Notes under the pieces: generated by a model
Told to the model about the DNA's origin: nothing
What the model saw: only the letters and a program-made list of their open reading frames with translations
Database searches by the model: none
Program-made: the position numbers and the translations under genes
Shown: piece after piece, positions 40,475 through 53,701 of the stretch
How the letters are laid out: every line of letters begins with the position of its first letter
How positions within the stretch are numbered: the first letter of the stretch is position 1
Assembly (NCBI RefSeq): GCF_018977255.1
Contig: NW_024704742.1
Location: 61,878,001 to 61,942,000 of the forward strand
DNA: 64,000 bases
Direction of reading: 5' to 3'
Source: Callorhinchus milii
Taxonomy: Eukaryota

Positions 40475-40583
40475 GCACAAGTGTAGCCCTGAGAAAAAGC
40501 AGTGTGTTACTTCCATGGCTTCTCCTGCCTGGAACATTCATGCGGCCAAATGCTTTGAGTGTACTTTCAGGAAAGCCATTGAG
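40475..40583 (+). CDS. Candidate internal coding exon (109 nt) of an unidentified gene
   Basis: Acceptor ttaacattgttttcttttgcag with a branch-like ttaac, donor GAG|gtagtt. The phase-2 frame HKCSPEKKQCVTSMASPAWNIHAAKCFECTFRKAIE has coding-like third positions (A rare); the phase-1 frame is also open. Confidence 0.5.
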
Positions 40584-41715
40584 GTAGTTTCTCCATTTTA
40601 CAAAGTTTTAAAACACAGATAATCATTGCCAGCCAATAAATAAAATAAATACGATCATCCTTTTATGGCAAATACTCAATCTTATCTTTCAGCTTCTTAA
40701 TCGTATTTGTTGTGAACTTATCAGTCTCCCTACTTCTCTCCCATTTTCTAACAGGAACATGACAACAATAACAAATTAGATTTGTATAGTGCCTTTCACG
40801 TCGGGAGGACGTCCGCAGTTCTAACTAGGAGACATAGAAGTTCAGAGCACTGTCAGTGCCATGTTGCAGTCAAATCACCAGGAGGTGAGCTTGAGCAGAG
40901 CTGAAACACCTAATATTCCAATGAGGATGAGCAGAAAAGCACTCCCCAGGAAGGTGTCTAAATTCAAACCCATATTAAAATGAAAATAAGTCAAAAGTAA
41001 TTGCATTGTCCCTTAATCTAACTTCCCCAGAGGAATTGTGGACCAGGAATGGGTGTATCACTATGATGCATCTCAAAGTGGCAGCTTCAAACACTTTTAT
41101 GAGTGTGTGTTACCAGCGACAAGCTTTGCTTGCTCCTTTTTTCACTTTGGTAGTCTTAGAAAAATCACAATTTGCAGCTTTCGTAATATGCCAAATCAGG
41201 AAGTGGATCTAAGGCATAATTAAAACCTAGGAAATTATTATAAACGTGCCGCATAGAATCAGGATAATGTGATAGTTATCACAACAAATATCTAATAATA
41301 ATACTTACATTTCGTATAACGCCTTTCCCATCAGAAGGACGTCTCAAAATGCTTCACAGGATTTACTGTAAGGTGTGGTAATGGTGTATTTTGTAAGCAA
41401 ATGTGCGTTCAGGCTTTGTGTGGTTTTAAACTTTTTTAAAAAAAATTCTGTCAAAAGAAACCATCAGGCTTTGATCGGCTTTAATCTTGACGGCTTGTGT
41501 CCCGCTCATTTCCTTTTCTTCCCTAGTAATTGGTGCTCTCTCCATGTGTTTCTGGTCATACAACATCTGTTCATAGGTTTATCGGATTGATCCTGATAAT
41601 CAGAAAACTTACCAATAATAGACTCAGTGAACAATAAACCATGCGTGTGGTCACTCTCACTCACAGCAAGGTTAAATTGGTTGTTGTGATGGATGACAAT
41701 ATGAATGAACAAACA

Positions 41716-41968
<253 letters not shown>

Positions 41969-43673
41969 ATTCTTGCATTTAATATAACATCTTTCATGTC
42001 AGGAGGATGTTTCAAAGTGCTTCACATGATAACGTAGAAAGTGTAGAGCGCAGTGACTGTGCATTTTGTAGTGAAAGCAGTCAAGACCAAAAAAGATAAT
42101 AATAATAAGAATAAGAATCCTTGAATTTAATACGTGACTTGGAGGCCTCCCCCAATCAAAAGGTTTCGGACAGTGATGGACTGGCTTCCCGTAAAGGATC
42201 AGGATTGGGATTGTCATATAAAATGGGGTGGTGATTTGTGGAGGGTTGGGGGGAGGGCGCGGCAAAAAGAAAATTAGCCAAGTATTCCCTCCCCTCCCTG
42301 AACCCCTCCTCCTCCTCCTCACCCACCTGTTGGGAATCGAGAGGATCTTTCACAGCTTCCACTTCTGGGCTCTACACAACGACTGACTGGCTCCACCACG
42401 GCCCCTGGTCACATTGCCCAATCCTGTCTAGCAGTCATTGGCACGGCTGCCTTTTGATGTCAAGAATTACAGTCAGGGAGCACTCAGGAAATTTCCCGAT
42501 TACCCATAAACCCAATCCGCTCCTGGTTGTGGGTTCCAGCCCCAAGACAGGATTTGAGTTCACCATCAAGGTCCCCTCATTTGACAACAAAAATAGTGAC
42601 TTCACTTGACAGTATATATTTGTAATGTGCTGTCAGACATTTTAACATGGTATCGTCTAAAAATACATGTTCCTTCTTTCTTTGCTGGCTTCGGCTGACT
42701 GCGATACGGTATAAGAAAGCCGATTTCCAGGCATCCATAATCCATCCAAAATGTGACAATTCCAACAACGTCGCACATGCTCAATCGCCCTAGACAATAT
42801 GGGTTCCAAGTTCTGATGTGGGGTTTGAACCCACAACCTTCTGACTCAAGAGGAGAATCCTATCATTTGAGCCAGACTGATGCATACATAGATACTGTAT
42901 TTATTTTCTATATATATATATTTGTACACGTAGAGCATTGTGCTGGTCACGTTATGTCATGAGTAAACAGTGTCCAGACAGATCCAGACAAGTGGTAAAT
43001 GTTGAGGTTTATTTTAAAGAGAAGCTCCAGGCGCCAAACAACTTGTACTTAATACCCAGAACACTTCTCCAATATCTCGTTCCCAGCACTAATGAATTTT
43101 TATCATTTCCTCTGCATATTTGCAAATGAACTTTTTTTTGCTTACTGAAGGCAGTCATTGATTGAGGCGGCAAGATCATTTGTAGGCTGCTGTCACTGGT
43201 TGCTTACTAAAGTTATAATAATAATATAATTATAATAATAATAATCCTTGCATGTGATATAGTGCCTATCACGTCTTCGAGACATCGCTAAGAGCTTCAC
43301 AGAATACACTGTAAAGTGTAGTGACTGTATTTTGTGGGCGAAATATTACTTGGAAAATAATGGGAGTGAAAATCCTCTTGCTATTAAGTCACTGAGTCAA
43401 GAGAACATTGACTATCATAGAAGGAGTTCAGCCTATCATGTTTGTGTTGCTGCTAACTCCCCCATGTATAATGTAACGTAATTCTATCCTTCTGCACTGC
43501 GGTGATTTTTTTCTAATTTACATTTTTAATCCAATTTGCTTTAAAATGTTTTTATGGTATCACAATTCAGTGAATTTTTCTGAAACATTTGATGGTCGGT
43601 CAACTCAAAACATAACATAACAAAACATAACAAAACATACCATAACAAAACATTCTTCTAATCACCTATTTAG

Positions 43674-44412
43674 TAATAATAATCCCTGCATTTGGTATAG
43701 CGCCATTCATGGTTGTCTCAAAGAGCTTCACAAGATTTACTGTAAAGTGCAGTGTCTGTGTATTTGTAGGCAAACACAGCAGCTAATTTGTGCACAGTAA
43801 TAATAATAATCCTTGCATTTGATATAGCGCTTTTCACCTCTTCCAGAAGTCTCAAAGTGATTCACAGAATATATTGTAAAAGTGAATTTACTGTGCATTT
43901 GTGGGCAAAACACAGCAGCCAATTGTGCACAGCAGTGTCCCACAAACAGATGTGGATTGAAGTGACCAATTTTATTATTGTTTTTTATTTTTCTTAAGGG
44001 ATTATTATCAGGCTTGTGGAATAAGGAAACTTGGTTTCGGAATCTAACCCAGACCTCTCGCTCGTGAGGTGAGTGCTCTAACCACTGAGCTGCAGGACTC
44101 CATGAGCCTGTAATATCCCACAAGCAACCATAAAGTGAATGATCAATTGTACTTGTTGGCCAGGACACCTGGAGAAATGTCCTTCTCTTTTCAAATAGTG
44201 CCATGGGATAATTAGCATTCATCCAAACAGGGACATAGGACCTTGGTTTAACGCTTCAGCCAAAAGATTGCATCTCTAATAATGTATGATTCTCCAAAGT
44301 ACTGTATTGGAGTGTCAGTCTGGACTGTAAGTTCAAAGTTCAGATGTGAGTTTTAACACCTACAACCTTCTAACTCAGAGGCAAGAGTATTACCAAATGA
44401 GCCAGGCTGATA
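43674..44412 (-). mobile_element. Old Deu-domain SINE with a younger tRNA SINE (43799-44101) nested inside
   Basis: The outer element breaks at TTTGTGCACAG and resumes at TAATATCCCACAAG; the inner copy has a complete head and tail. Confidence 0.85.
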
Positions 44413-45230
44413 CCTAACCTTGATGTTGTGCTCTTAGAATAGGATTCTCCAGTTCTAATAGTGTCACAATTTGGTAAGTCTATCAGTAAGGGATGGACGT
44501 ACCTCTGGTTCTGTTGCCTGGTTGCATGTTCTTTTTTTCTTACGAAACAGATGGTCATTAACACACAAATGCCTTCTCTTCTCTTTAATCACCAGTAAAA
44601 CTTGTTGAAGCCTATGAAATCTTCCAATTAAAAAGTCCTCCTCTGTTGATAGTTTCAATTTCTTTACTTAAGCAGCATTAGCAGTGTATTGATAATAATA
44701 ATCCTGACATTTGATATAATGCGTTTCACATCAGGAGGACTTCTCAAAAAGTTTCACAAGATTTAAAGCAAAGTGTAGTGACTCTGTATTTCGTAGGCAA
44801 TAGTTTAACATTTTCATGTGGTAACAAAGCTGGAAACATCTGAGATTTTCTGCACTGATTACTCTCTGTTTATGTAATTCTGGAGAGTATTAAGCATGGG
44901 TTATCAAAACCGAAGGCTTGGGGATTCCAGATTGGAGTCCTAATGGAGTTCAACTGGATAAAACCTTATAACTTGCCTTTGAGAGCAGCACTGTCTGTCC
45001 CACGTGCAAAATATGCAGGTTGTGCTAATCATGTGCTAATGTTTACATATAGAGCAAATTACAAGGGGCCCTGAATGAAGTGATTAACAAACAATGTAAA
45101 GATTTCCAGGGGGTTTTGTTAATCTTTTTGTTTGTTGTGAATTACATCAATAAACTAACTTGGATGGGTGTATACACTGTTAACCCAACACACAAATGTT
45201 AGCCATGGGTTGCTGGTATCTAACTCAAAT

Positions 45231-46348
45231 AAATCTACTACAACGACAACTTGCACTTATACAGTGCACCTACACCTACACACGAGGCAGCGTCTCAGCA
45301 GCAGCTCCGAAAATAACTTTAATTAGAGCTCCATGGATAAAATGAAGAAAGTAATAATAAGTATAGCTAAGCGGTGCTGAAGGCTTTAAACAAATTGCTT
45401 AATGTTGCACTTATATTGTATGTATGGTTATGAATCATTCTGAGACACTACCCAGCATGAGGGGCGCTATATAAATCCAAGTTGTTGATAATTGAATCAG
45501 CTCAATTCTGGCTGCAACATGCAGAATATTAATTCCGATTGAGCCAGTACAAACTGTGGAGTCCAGCATCACTGCCAACACCACATAACACTTGATGGTG
45601 ATACACATATTGATACACATATTTGGTCTCCTTTTACTAATATCAAAAAGTAACATCGAGAGGGATGAGTGGTGTTACCTTAATTCAAACCCTGTACATA
45701 ATTCCTAATTAGGAATTATGTACAGGGTTTGAATTATGGTAACACCACTCATCCCTCTCGATTATGCTCAACTGAGCTGAGATAATAATAATACAACAAT
45801 AAAACTTTCATTTGATATAACGCCTTCTCACATTGTCAAGATGTCTCAAAGCACTTTACAAGAAAACCGTAAAGTGGATTGAGTGTATATTTTGTGGGCA
45901 AGATACACAGGATGTTATTGAGTATCATAGTGCAAACACACTCAGCATTGAGCACCTCCTCGCATGAGTTTGTAGCTGTGTATGTGAACAGTTTGTGAAA
46001 TGAACTTTGCACTATTCTTACAAACAGAGAAAGCTCAGGCCCATAAAGACCAAAGAGTAAATGAGTAAACCAAGGCATAAAGGCTGTTAGAACACTGCAA
46101 ATGACAAATTAAAAAATTAAACTTGTAATTTAAAATGTGCAGATAATTTTATCCTTAATATTGTCATTACCTGAGCAAAGTCAGGTTCTGTGTGTTTCAA
46201 TAATAGGATTTTACTGGAAGTCAAATTATCTGAGATATAGACTCTTCAGACTCTAATTAAAGTTATTTTCGGAGCTGCTGCTGAGACGCTGCCTCGTGTG
46301 TAGGTGTAGGTGCACTGTATAAGTGCAAGTTGTCGATGTAGTAGATTT
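45231..46348. repeat. 98-bp near-perfect inverted repeat pair
   Basis: 45231-45328 is the reverse complement of 46251-46348 with one mismatch; CAAAT flanks both outer ends. Confidence 0.97.
45655..45762. repeat. 108-bp zero-spacer palindrome
   Basis: Two 54-bp arms centred on CCTAA|TTAGG (45708/45709), one mismatch. Confidence 0.98.
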
Positions 46349-47844
46349 CAAATGAAGAAATATTGTCAAGGAATAATGTAATGGTCAACAGCCCAGAGCC
46401 CGACGGCAATTTCCTAATCACTGAAGAAAGCATCAGCGTGCGTTTAAATAAATATTGTCAGGACCGTCCTCTTGATAACAGCCATCGATAAGAAGCTTCT
46501 TTTATATAATGTGCATACAGTACCCAAGGCCTGGAGAGCAGCAATACAACAGGAAACAATAAATCACAACTGGAGCAACGATTGTGGTAACTAATCGGAT
46601 CACACTGCTCATTCATTCCTCATTGCCTCCATTTAATCCAATTTTCCAGCCAGCAGACTCTGTTAATTGCTGGTATTACGTAGTTTTAGCAAATAGCCAT
46701 CTTCAGTTAATTCTCCTGGTAAAAGAGTAAGACAAGAAGCACAGTATATTATTCAGCACTTGTAGATGAACAGTGACATTCACCAGATACCTGCTCCTAT
46801 GTCTTAATCCAGTTACCTTGATGTGCGTTAAGATTAGACTCGCGAGTGGGATGGTGTTTCGAATCATGTCTCAGCAATTAGATTTTGTGAGTTTACTTTG
46901 TGCTTTAAAGTTACCAAAGTGAAATGAACACAAAAGATAAAAGGACAAGGCAGCAAGAACTTCTATATTGTGCAAATATTGAGATCGACATAAGGAAAAT
47001 AAATATAAACATTGGGCTGCCATGAATGTGCATTTGGGTGAGCTGAGATTTCCCCATAGAAGCTCAATAGTAATAACGAAATAATAATCTTAACATTGGA
47101 TATTGTACCTTTCACGTAGGGAGGACATCAAACTGCTGTAAAAACTGTAGTGACTGTGAAGACGAATGCAGCATCCAATTTGCACGTAGTAATGTGTCAT
47201 AAACAGCCAGAAAGTGAATGAACAATTTTATCTGGGGGATTGTTGGCCACGAAGTCGAGAAAATCTAACTTCTCTTTTCGATTAATGCCCTGGGATTTTT
47301 AACGTTCTCTTGAACAAGCAGTTTGGACCTTAGTTTTGTGTCATATCTGAAGCACGGCACCTCCCACAATACAGAACAATGTACTTGTTGTGTACTGGAG
47401 TGCTGTACTGGAGTGTCAAACAAATTTCCACCCCTGTTAGATATCTGGCCACAGATGTAATAAACCCTTTACCCTCTGGCAACAGTTTGGTCCCAGCAGT
47501 TGTTGAACTCAGCCTATGGTCCCCATTGGAGTGTTGGTTCCATTGACATGACCTTAATTCAACCAAAAAAAGGGGATTTGAGTCACGATTCTGGGGACCA
47601 GCAATTTCATGGCTGAGAGGGTGATTGCCACAATAGGCTGGCTTTGGGCCCATCACATCCCATTTTTCACCCTGATATTCCCTCACAGTTTCAACCTAAA
47701 ATCAGACTCGAGAAATGCATCAACTTGTTAATTCACCAGGAAGCAGAGAATGAAATGAAACTTACAACTTGTGTACAATCTGTACGTACATTATATGTTT
47801 TGTTTTAAAATAGGTTAAAAAGCAAAACAATCTTAGAGGATGAT

Positions 47845-48161
47845 GAGTCCTGTAGCTCAATAGTTAGAGCACTCGCTTTGCAAGTGAGAGACCTGAGTTC
47901 AATTCCAGGCAGGACGAAACCTTGGGTATGTTTCCTTACTCCACACTCCTAATAATAATCCCTCCAAAAAAAGCAAAAACAATAATAAATTGGTGAATTT
48001 CAATCCACGACTGTTTATGGGGCACTGCTGTGCACAATTGGCTGCTGCGTTCGCCCACAAATATATAAGTCAATTCACTTTACAGAATATTCTGTGAAGC
48101 GCTTTGGGACATCTAGAAATGTGAAAAGCGCTATATCAAATGCAACGATTATTATTATTAT
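47845..48161 (+). mobile_element. Young full-length tRNA-derived SINE
   Basis: Nearly the same structure as 11313-11623. Confidence 0.95.
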
Positions 48162-48166
48162 GATGC

Positions 48167-48555
48167 TAGTAGTAATAATAATCCTTGCATTTGATATAGG
48201 AGGATGTCTCAAAGCATTTCCCAACATTCATTGTTAAAATCTGTGTACTGTGTATTTTGTAGGCAAACGGAGCAGTTAATTTGCAGAGCAATGTCCCACA
48301 AACAGCTATGAAGTGAGTGATCAATTTTATCTGGGGATTATTGGTCAGGACACTGGGAGAATACCCCCCTTCCCTTTTCTTTGTGGAATCATTAACATCC
48401 ACCTGATCAGGCAGATGAGACCTCAATTTAACATCTCATCTGAAGGATGGCACCTCCTACAATGTAGTTACACTAGAGTGTCAGCCTGGGGTATATGATT
48501 TCAAAGTCCCAATGTGGAGCTTTAAACCATAACCAACTGAGCCAGGCCAACACCT
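48167..48555 (-). mobile_element. Deu-domain SINE (SacSINE1/AmnSINE1-like), near full length
   Basis: CCACCTGATCAGGCAGATGAGACCTCAATTTAACATCTCATCTGAAGGATGGCACCTCC is the Deu core in reverse. Similar copies lie at 47080-47420, 20870-21170, 29170-29370, 39450-39645 and 7940-8085. Confidence 0.88.
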
Positions 48556-48656
48556 GAATGGCCAGGAGCAATCGTGCATTTTCTTGTGAATCATTGCAAA
48601 GCCACGTTTAAGGTGAAAGTTAATCTGTGATGTTCAATGTCGTTTAGCAGTTCCTG

Positions 48657-49045
48657 TTTGCATCCAGTCAGCTAAGAGAGGTGTTGAGTGGAGGTGAGGT
48701 CAAGGGAACTGCACCTCCCAATACAAGAGTGAGATTCAAAACAACCAGGAAACAAATGTGATCATTTGCAAGTGGAGAAATATATTTTATAGCGGGTTAA
48801 ATTAATGTAAAAGCTTACTTGAAAGTTTAAAGCTTTAAAATTTAAGTTTGCCTTTTCTTATCAGCTGGTTCCTGATTGCATTCCTTTATCGATGTGAGGA
48901 GGAACAACAACAACAATTTTTATTTACATAGTGCCCCTCATGGGGGTAGTGTCACAGAGCATTTGCTTCCAGTCTGCCAAGTGAGGTGTTGAGTGGTGGT
49001 GAGGTCAAGGCAACTGGTGCTGTTTACCTCCAATTCAAGAGTGAA
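48657..49045 (+). repeat. ~80-bp imperfect direct repeat
   Basis: 48657-48733 and 48962-49045 share TTTGC.TCCAGTC.GC.AAG.GAGGTGTTGAGTGG.GGTGAGGTCAAGG.AACTG. Confidence 0.9.
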
Positions 49046-49279
49046 AGAGCAATGTGCTTAAGAGGGATGGAAAAGCATACTGTGAAGCACCATGATCTCT
49101 GGAACTATCTCTGCTCGTCTGTTTCACAAGCAGCAAATTCCAAGAATTCCTTGTCGATTTGCAGAAAAATTTCTAACTATCCTGCTCACAGAACATATCA
49201 GTGAGGATCAAACAAAAAAACACAAGTGTAACCTCATGGAACGCAACATCAAGAAAGATTTCAGAGGTTTAAAACAGAG

Positions 49280-50350
49280 ATAGAGAGGCAAATAAAGAGT
49301 GGGATTCAGCTGTCACCGGCAGGCAATGGGCAGCTAAATTGTGTACTTAAACAACATATTGAAGACCGTGGGAATTGCTGCAGTAATTATTACACATACA
49401 AATCGAGGGCACATATTTTTATTGAATAAATCACAGATGTCACCATTACCAACTGGAAATGAATGATTCGCTAATGGCTCAAGCTTAGCAATTTGGATAT
49501 ATCTTGTTACATTCACACAGCAAATCTCAGGCCGTGTCCCACATGACAAACCTTTTAAGTATCAAATATGGTTTCCATTTGCAGCTTTCCCATCTGGTTG
49601 GCTCTACCCAAGCTCAGGTGCGCCGTCCATTGGTAATTAGCAAGTTGGTTGAACGCTTGGCGAGCTCAGCATGTTCCAAAGTACTTTATTGCTGCCCTTT
49701 TAAGATTATAGTTAAAAAAAATACCATTCCTAATTTTGAAATCAATTAGCTGTGTGGGCTGATGAGGTGTTGGCCCGGCTGAAGTTCACACCCGCAGTTC
49801 TCCCATTATTGTCAAGATTATTGAGGGCCTTTACATACAGCTCTGCTTATGTGCATCTGGCATGCATATGTTCCCTATCCCCCGACAAAGGCAAGCAATG
49901 CCGGCCCTTCAGGAGGGAGGAACAAATCAGCAGTGCTCTTGTCAGGTATTTCCCTGTTTCCTTGAACTTCAGAGTCAAAACTTTCACAACCCATGTTTTG
50001 CTTTTCTTCTTCCTGAGCCTAGTTTATTTGGCTTCTGCCTCACACTAGCAGCCCCCTTTATAAATACCCTCCTCTTTAGTGCAATGTGCAAGAGTGCTTG
50101 TGAATCAGCACGACTGAATCTTCCAAAAGAGAAAAGTATTTTTTCTGCCCAGACTGGAGTCTCTTAACACCTTCTGTGTAAGGGAAGAAAGACCTGGAAA
50201 AGCATGTGGCTGACATTTGTATTCTGCAGTGGGCAGAGAGCCAAAAAGATGTTGACAGCAATACATTTTAGCTGGATATATAATAACCAAAAAAGATTTT
50301 TACTCAAGAAGGGGAAAATTTACTTCTCAGTGAAGTACCTCATTAAAGAA
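49280..50350. promoter_or_regulatory. Candidate conserved non-coding element block
   Basis: Repeat-free and CpG-retaining; RBPJ-like CGTGGGAA, PBX-HOX-like ATAAATCA, MEIS-like CTGTCA, TAATTA. Confidence 0.45.
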
Positions 50351-50669
50351 GAGCAATATAACACCAGCCTTGTTGATCCTGATCTATAAATCCAGTCAAG
50401 ATAAGAATTGGCTGGTGACAGTTTGCCAAGAAATTAATCATGTCAGGATTAGGATTTTCCAGGGGCTACATGAAACAAACAATACTTAAATCTCAACCCC
50501 GTTCTGCAACTGGATTTAAGATAAATGACAAACAAAAAATGATATGATCAAAATACAGGGGAAAAAAACAATTTTGCAATTATCACACTTATCAGATTTT
50601 GGAATTATCTTAAATTTGATTTCAATTTGGAAACTGCTTTTCACTGCCTGCTTTATGCCCCTGCCCTGC

Positions 50670-50946
50670 CTGCCCCACCATCAGTGGTCAGGTTTTCAGT
50701 CTTTCTGACCCCACCCTCTGATACTCCATCCTAGAATCCCTTCCTTTGCCTCCTTCAAGGCTTGTCTCAAGACCTTTCTCTTCGACTGTGCTTTCTGGCA
50801 TTTTTTTCCACCATTCCCCCTCCCCCCCACCCCCTAAATCTAAACCCCAGCTAAGGTTCAAACCCTCGACTGTCCAGCACAATGAGAAATCCTCTCAAAG
50901 TACCAAAAGGTACTATGTAAATGCAATTTATTGATGCTGTTATTGT
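50670..50946 (+). mobile_element. L2 LINE 3' end
   Basis: CCTCCTTCAAGGCTTGTCTCAAGACC as in the other L2 ends, with an L2 tail. Confidence 0.75.
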
Positions 50947-51107
50947 TTAGTGATCTTGAAGCCAAAATCATTAATAATCTGGTGGCTAAGATCTTAAGAC
51001 AAAGATCATGAGGGTTTTCAGGCTTCAGAAAAGTTAGGATGTTTTTTCTGTATACTGAGGCATTTATTTGTGTTTTGGATACATTTTGATTGAAAGTTCT
51101 ACTTTTC

Positions 51108-51502
51108 TATAATAAGAATCCTTGCATTTGATACAACACCATATCACGTCATTGAGATGTCTCAAAGTGCTTCAAAGCGCTACAGTGAAGTGTATTTTGT
51201 GGGTGAAATCTGGCGGCCAGTTGCACAAAGCAATGTCCTACAAACAGCCCTGAAGTAAATGACCAATTTTATTTGGGGGATTGTTGGCCAGTAGACCAGG
51301 AGAAACTCCATTTTCTTTTTGAATAGTGCTATGGGATCTTTAACGTCCATCTGAACAAACAGATGGGAATTCAATTTAATGTTTCATTCGATGGTTGGCA
51401 CCTACAAAAATGCAGCACTTCCTCAACTCTGCATTGGAGAGTGTCAGCCTAGACTATATGAGTTCCAAGCCTCAACGTGGGGATTGAACCCATAACCTCT
51501 GA
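51108..51502 (-). mobile_element. Deu-domain SINE, near full length
   Basis: Tail, Deu core and head with GGATTGAACCC. Confidence 0.88.
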
Positions 51503-51944
51503 CTAATGGATCTCGATAATTTCCTCTGATTGGTAACCTGGCCAGAAAGGGAGGAGTCCCTTTTTTGTGTGGTACAGGAACTTGGCACTCATTAAAGACC
51601 AAGACCACTGCATTGCCACCCCTCTCAGAGGGTGATGGGCAACATCTGAGTTCTGATGTCTGTTCCAGTTACAGTTTCCAGTAGTAAAGCATTATAAATG
51701 AAGACTGTCGTGAATATAACCAGCATCACAAAAATATAAATCAAATTTATTTTCGTCATTGAAGAGGAGTTTCTTTTCCAATAACGAATGCCATTTATTT
51801 CTCTGAGCTGGACCTGTTCTCTCTCTCCATGTCTCAGTAGTTTTATATGGAGCACACTATGTACAACGTGTATGTGATTAGCTATTTGTCCAATACAGTG
51901 GGAGATATTTAACCCAAATTCAAATGTACCTCTTAGTACACAGA

Positions 51945-52055
51945 AAATGGCACAGAAAAGTTGAACTCTGTCGCCATAGATGCTGCCTGATCTGTTGCGT
52001 GTTCCCAGCGATTTCTGTTTTTATTTCACATTTCCAGCATTTGCATTATTTTGCC
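51945..52055. mobile_element. Shark Penelope-type repeat fragment
   Basis: AGATGCTGCCTGATCTG..CCAGC.ATTTCTGTTTTTATTTCA.ATTTCCAGCAT; related pieces at 17745-17810 and 18700-18755 (opposite strand). Family assignment is from recall. Confidence 0.5.
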
Positions 52056-52699
52056 TATTGTTTTTTGGCTTATTTTTTGTCAGGTCTATCCAATAGTGAT
52101 TGGTTTAATTGATGCTTTAATCATTACAGTAATTCCATGAGGAAAATGTGCAGTTAGGTTAAAGAAAAATCCATTTTTAATTGCAATTACACTTCTATAT
52201 TACAACACATGGAAGAATACTGACAAACTGTTTCAGCAATTAGTTTAAACATCTAAAAGTAAAAGAAAAGACTCATAAAATCATAATGTACCAGATCTGT
52301 TATTGTATTTTCACGATTATGTTCCTAACATATGCATATGTGCACTTGTTCTTAGTCTGCACACATTTTGCCCACAAATATAAAATCAATTCACTTTACA
52401 GTATATTCTCTGAAGCGCTTTGAGATATCTAGAAGACCTTCCAAAGCGCTGTATCAAATGCAAGGATTATTATTATTAAATATGTATGTGATTTCTTAAT
52501 GAAATCCACATTGAAAATAACTTGTATTTGAAGGCTTAGGTTGTGTGCATGCACATTGGACACAGTAAGCTGAGGGAAATGTGTGCAAAAGTTATTTTAA
52601 TGAATATTGTTCTTTGACAGATGTTAAATGTTATCAAGTTACTATCGACTACATAAGCTGCACTTTACAGCAGCGATTCTATTCAAGGTGCTCTGCCTA

Positions 52700-53165
52700 G
52701 TCAACAAATTACATTTACATAGCGTCCTTTTCATAGAGTAATGTCTTGGAGCATTTTCGAATGACAGAACGGACATCCAGCAGGGAGGGGCACGGTGGGA
52801 GGAAGGAGTTGACGATAGCCACAAGGAGGTAGGTTTTAAGGCAGGTACTGAAGACAGAGAGGGAGCAAGATGGAAGGGTCGAAGAAGGGAGTTCCAGAGG
52901 TTAGAGCTGAAGAATTGGAAAGCTTGGCCACCAATGGTGGCGCGGGCAGGACAACAACAACAACTTACATTTATATTGCGCCCTTCATACAGGCTAGTGT
53001 CCCAGAGGACAAGGGATCCCCAGCAAGCCTGAGTTAGTCAATCAGAGAGGGCATGCAGGGGAGTGGGGTGATAGAAGATCAGAGAGTTAGGGAGGTACCA
53101 GGACATGAAGGGATTTGTAAGTGAGGATGAAGACCTTGAAATCGATCCACTGAGAGACAGGGAAC
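52700..53165 (-). mobile_element. L2 3' fragments, one nested in another
   Basis: Two (CAA)n-type L2 tails; GAGGATGAAGACCTTGAAATCGATCCACTG is the reverse of a RIxFKxLIL-like motif. Confidence 0.75.
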
Positions 53166-53209
53166 TAAAATTAACATCAGGTTTTCTCACTCGAACGCCA
53201 ACATGCTAC

Positions 53210-53471
53210 CAATAATAATAATAATAATCCTTGCATTTGATATAGCGCTTTTCATGTCTTCTAGACGTCCCAAAGCGCTTCACAGAATATACTGTAAAGT
53301 GAATTGACTGTATATTTGTGGGCGAATGCGGCAGCCAATTGCGTACAGCAATGTCCCACAGTCTTGGATTGTGGAGTAAGGAAACTTGCCCATGGTTTTG
53401 CCCGGCCTGGAATTGAACTCAGGTCTCTCACTTGCAAAGCGAGTGCTCTAACCACTGAGCTACAGGACTCC
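53210..53471 (-). mobile_element. Young tRNA-derived SINE, short variant
   Basis: Head is the near-exact reverse complement of 11313-11412; central part deleted. Confidence 0.95.
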
Positions 53472-53701
53472 TACTGAGCCAGGCTGGCACATATTTTAAA
53501 ACTCAAGCAGTATCACAAGCCACTTGTTCTTGACAACCTTTCTCACTATTGCTGTTTTTAATCTTGGTCTTGTACTATTCAACGGGTCTTAATTCTCACG
53601 ATATATGTGGAAACTTGGATCATCTTGCCTCTGGTTCAGACAGTTGTGTATTTATAATAATAAACTAATAATCATTGCATTTGATATAAAGCCTTTATCA
53701 T

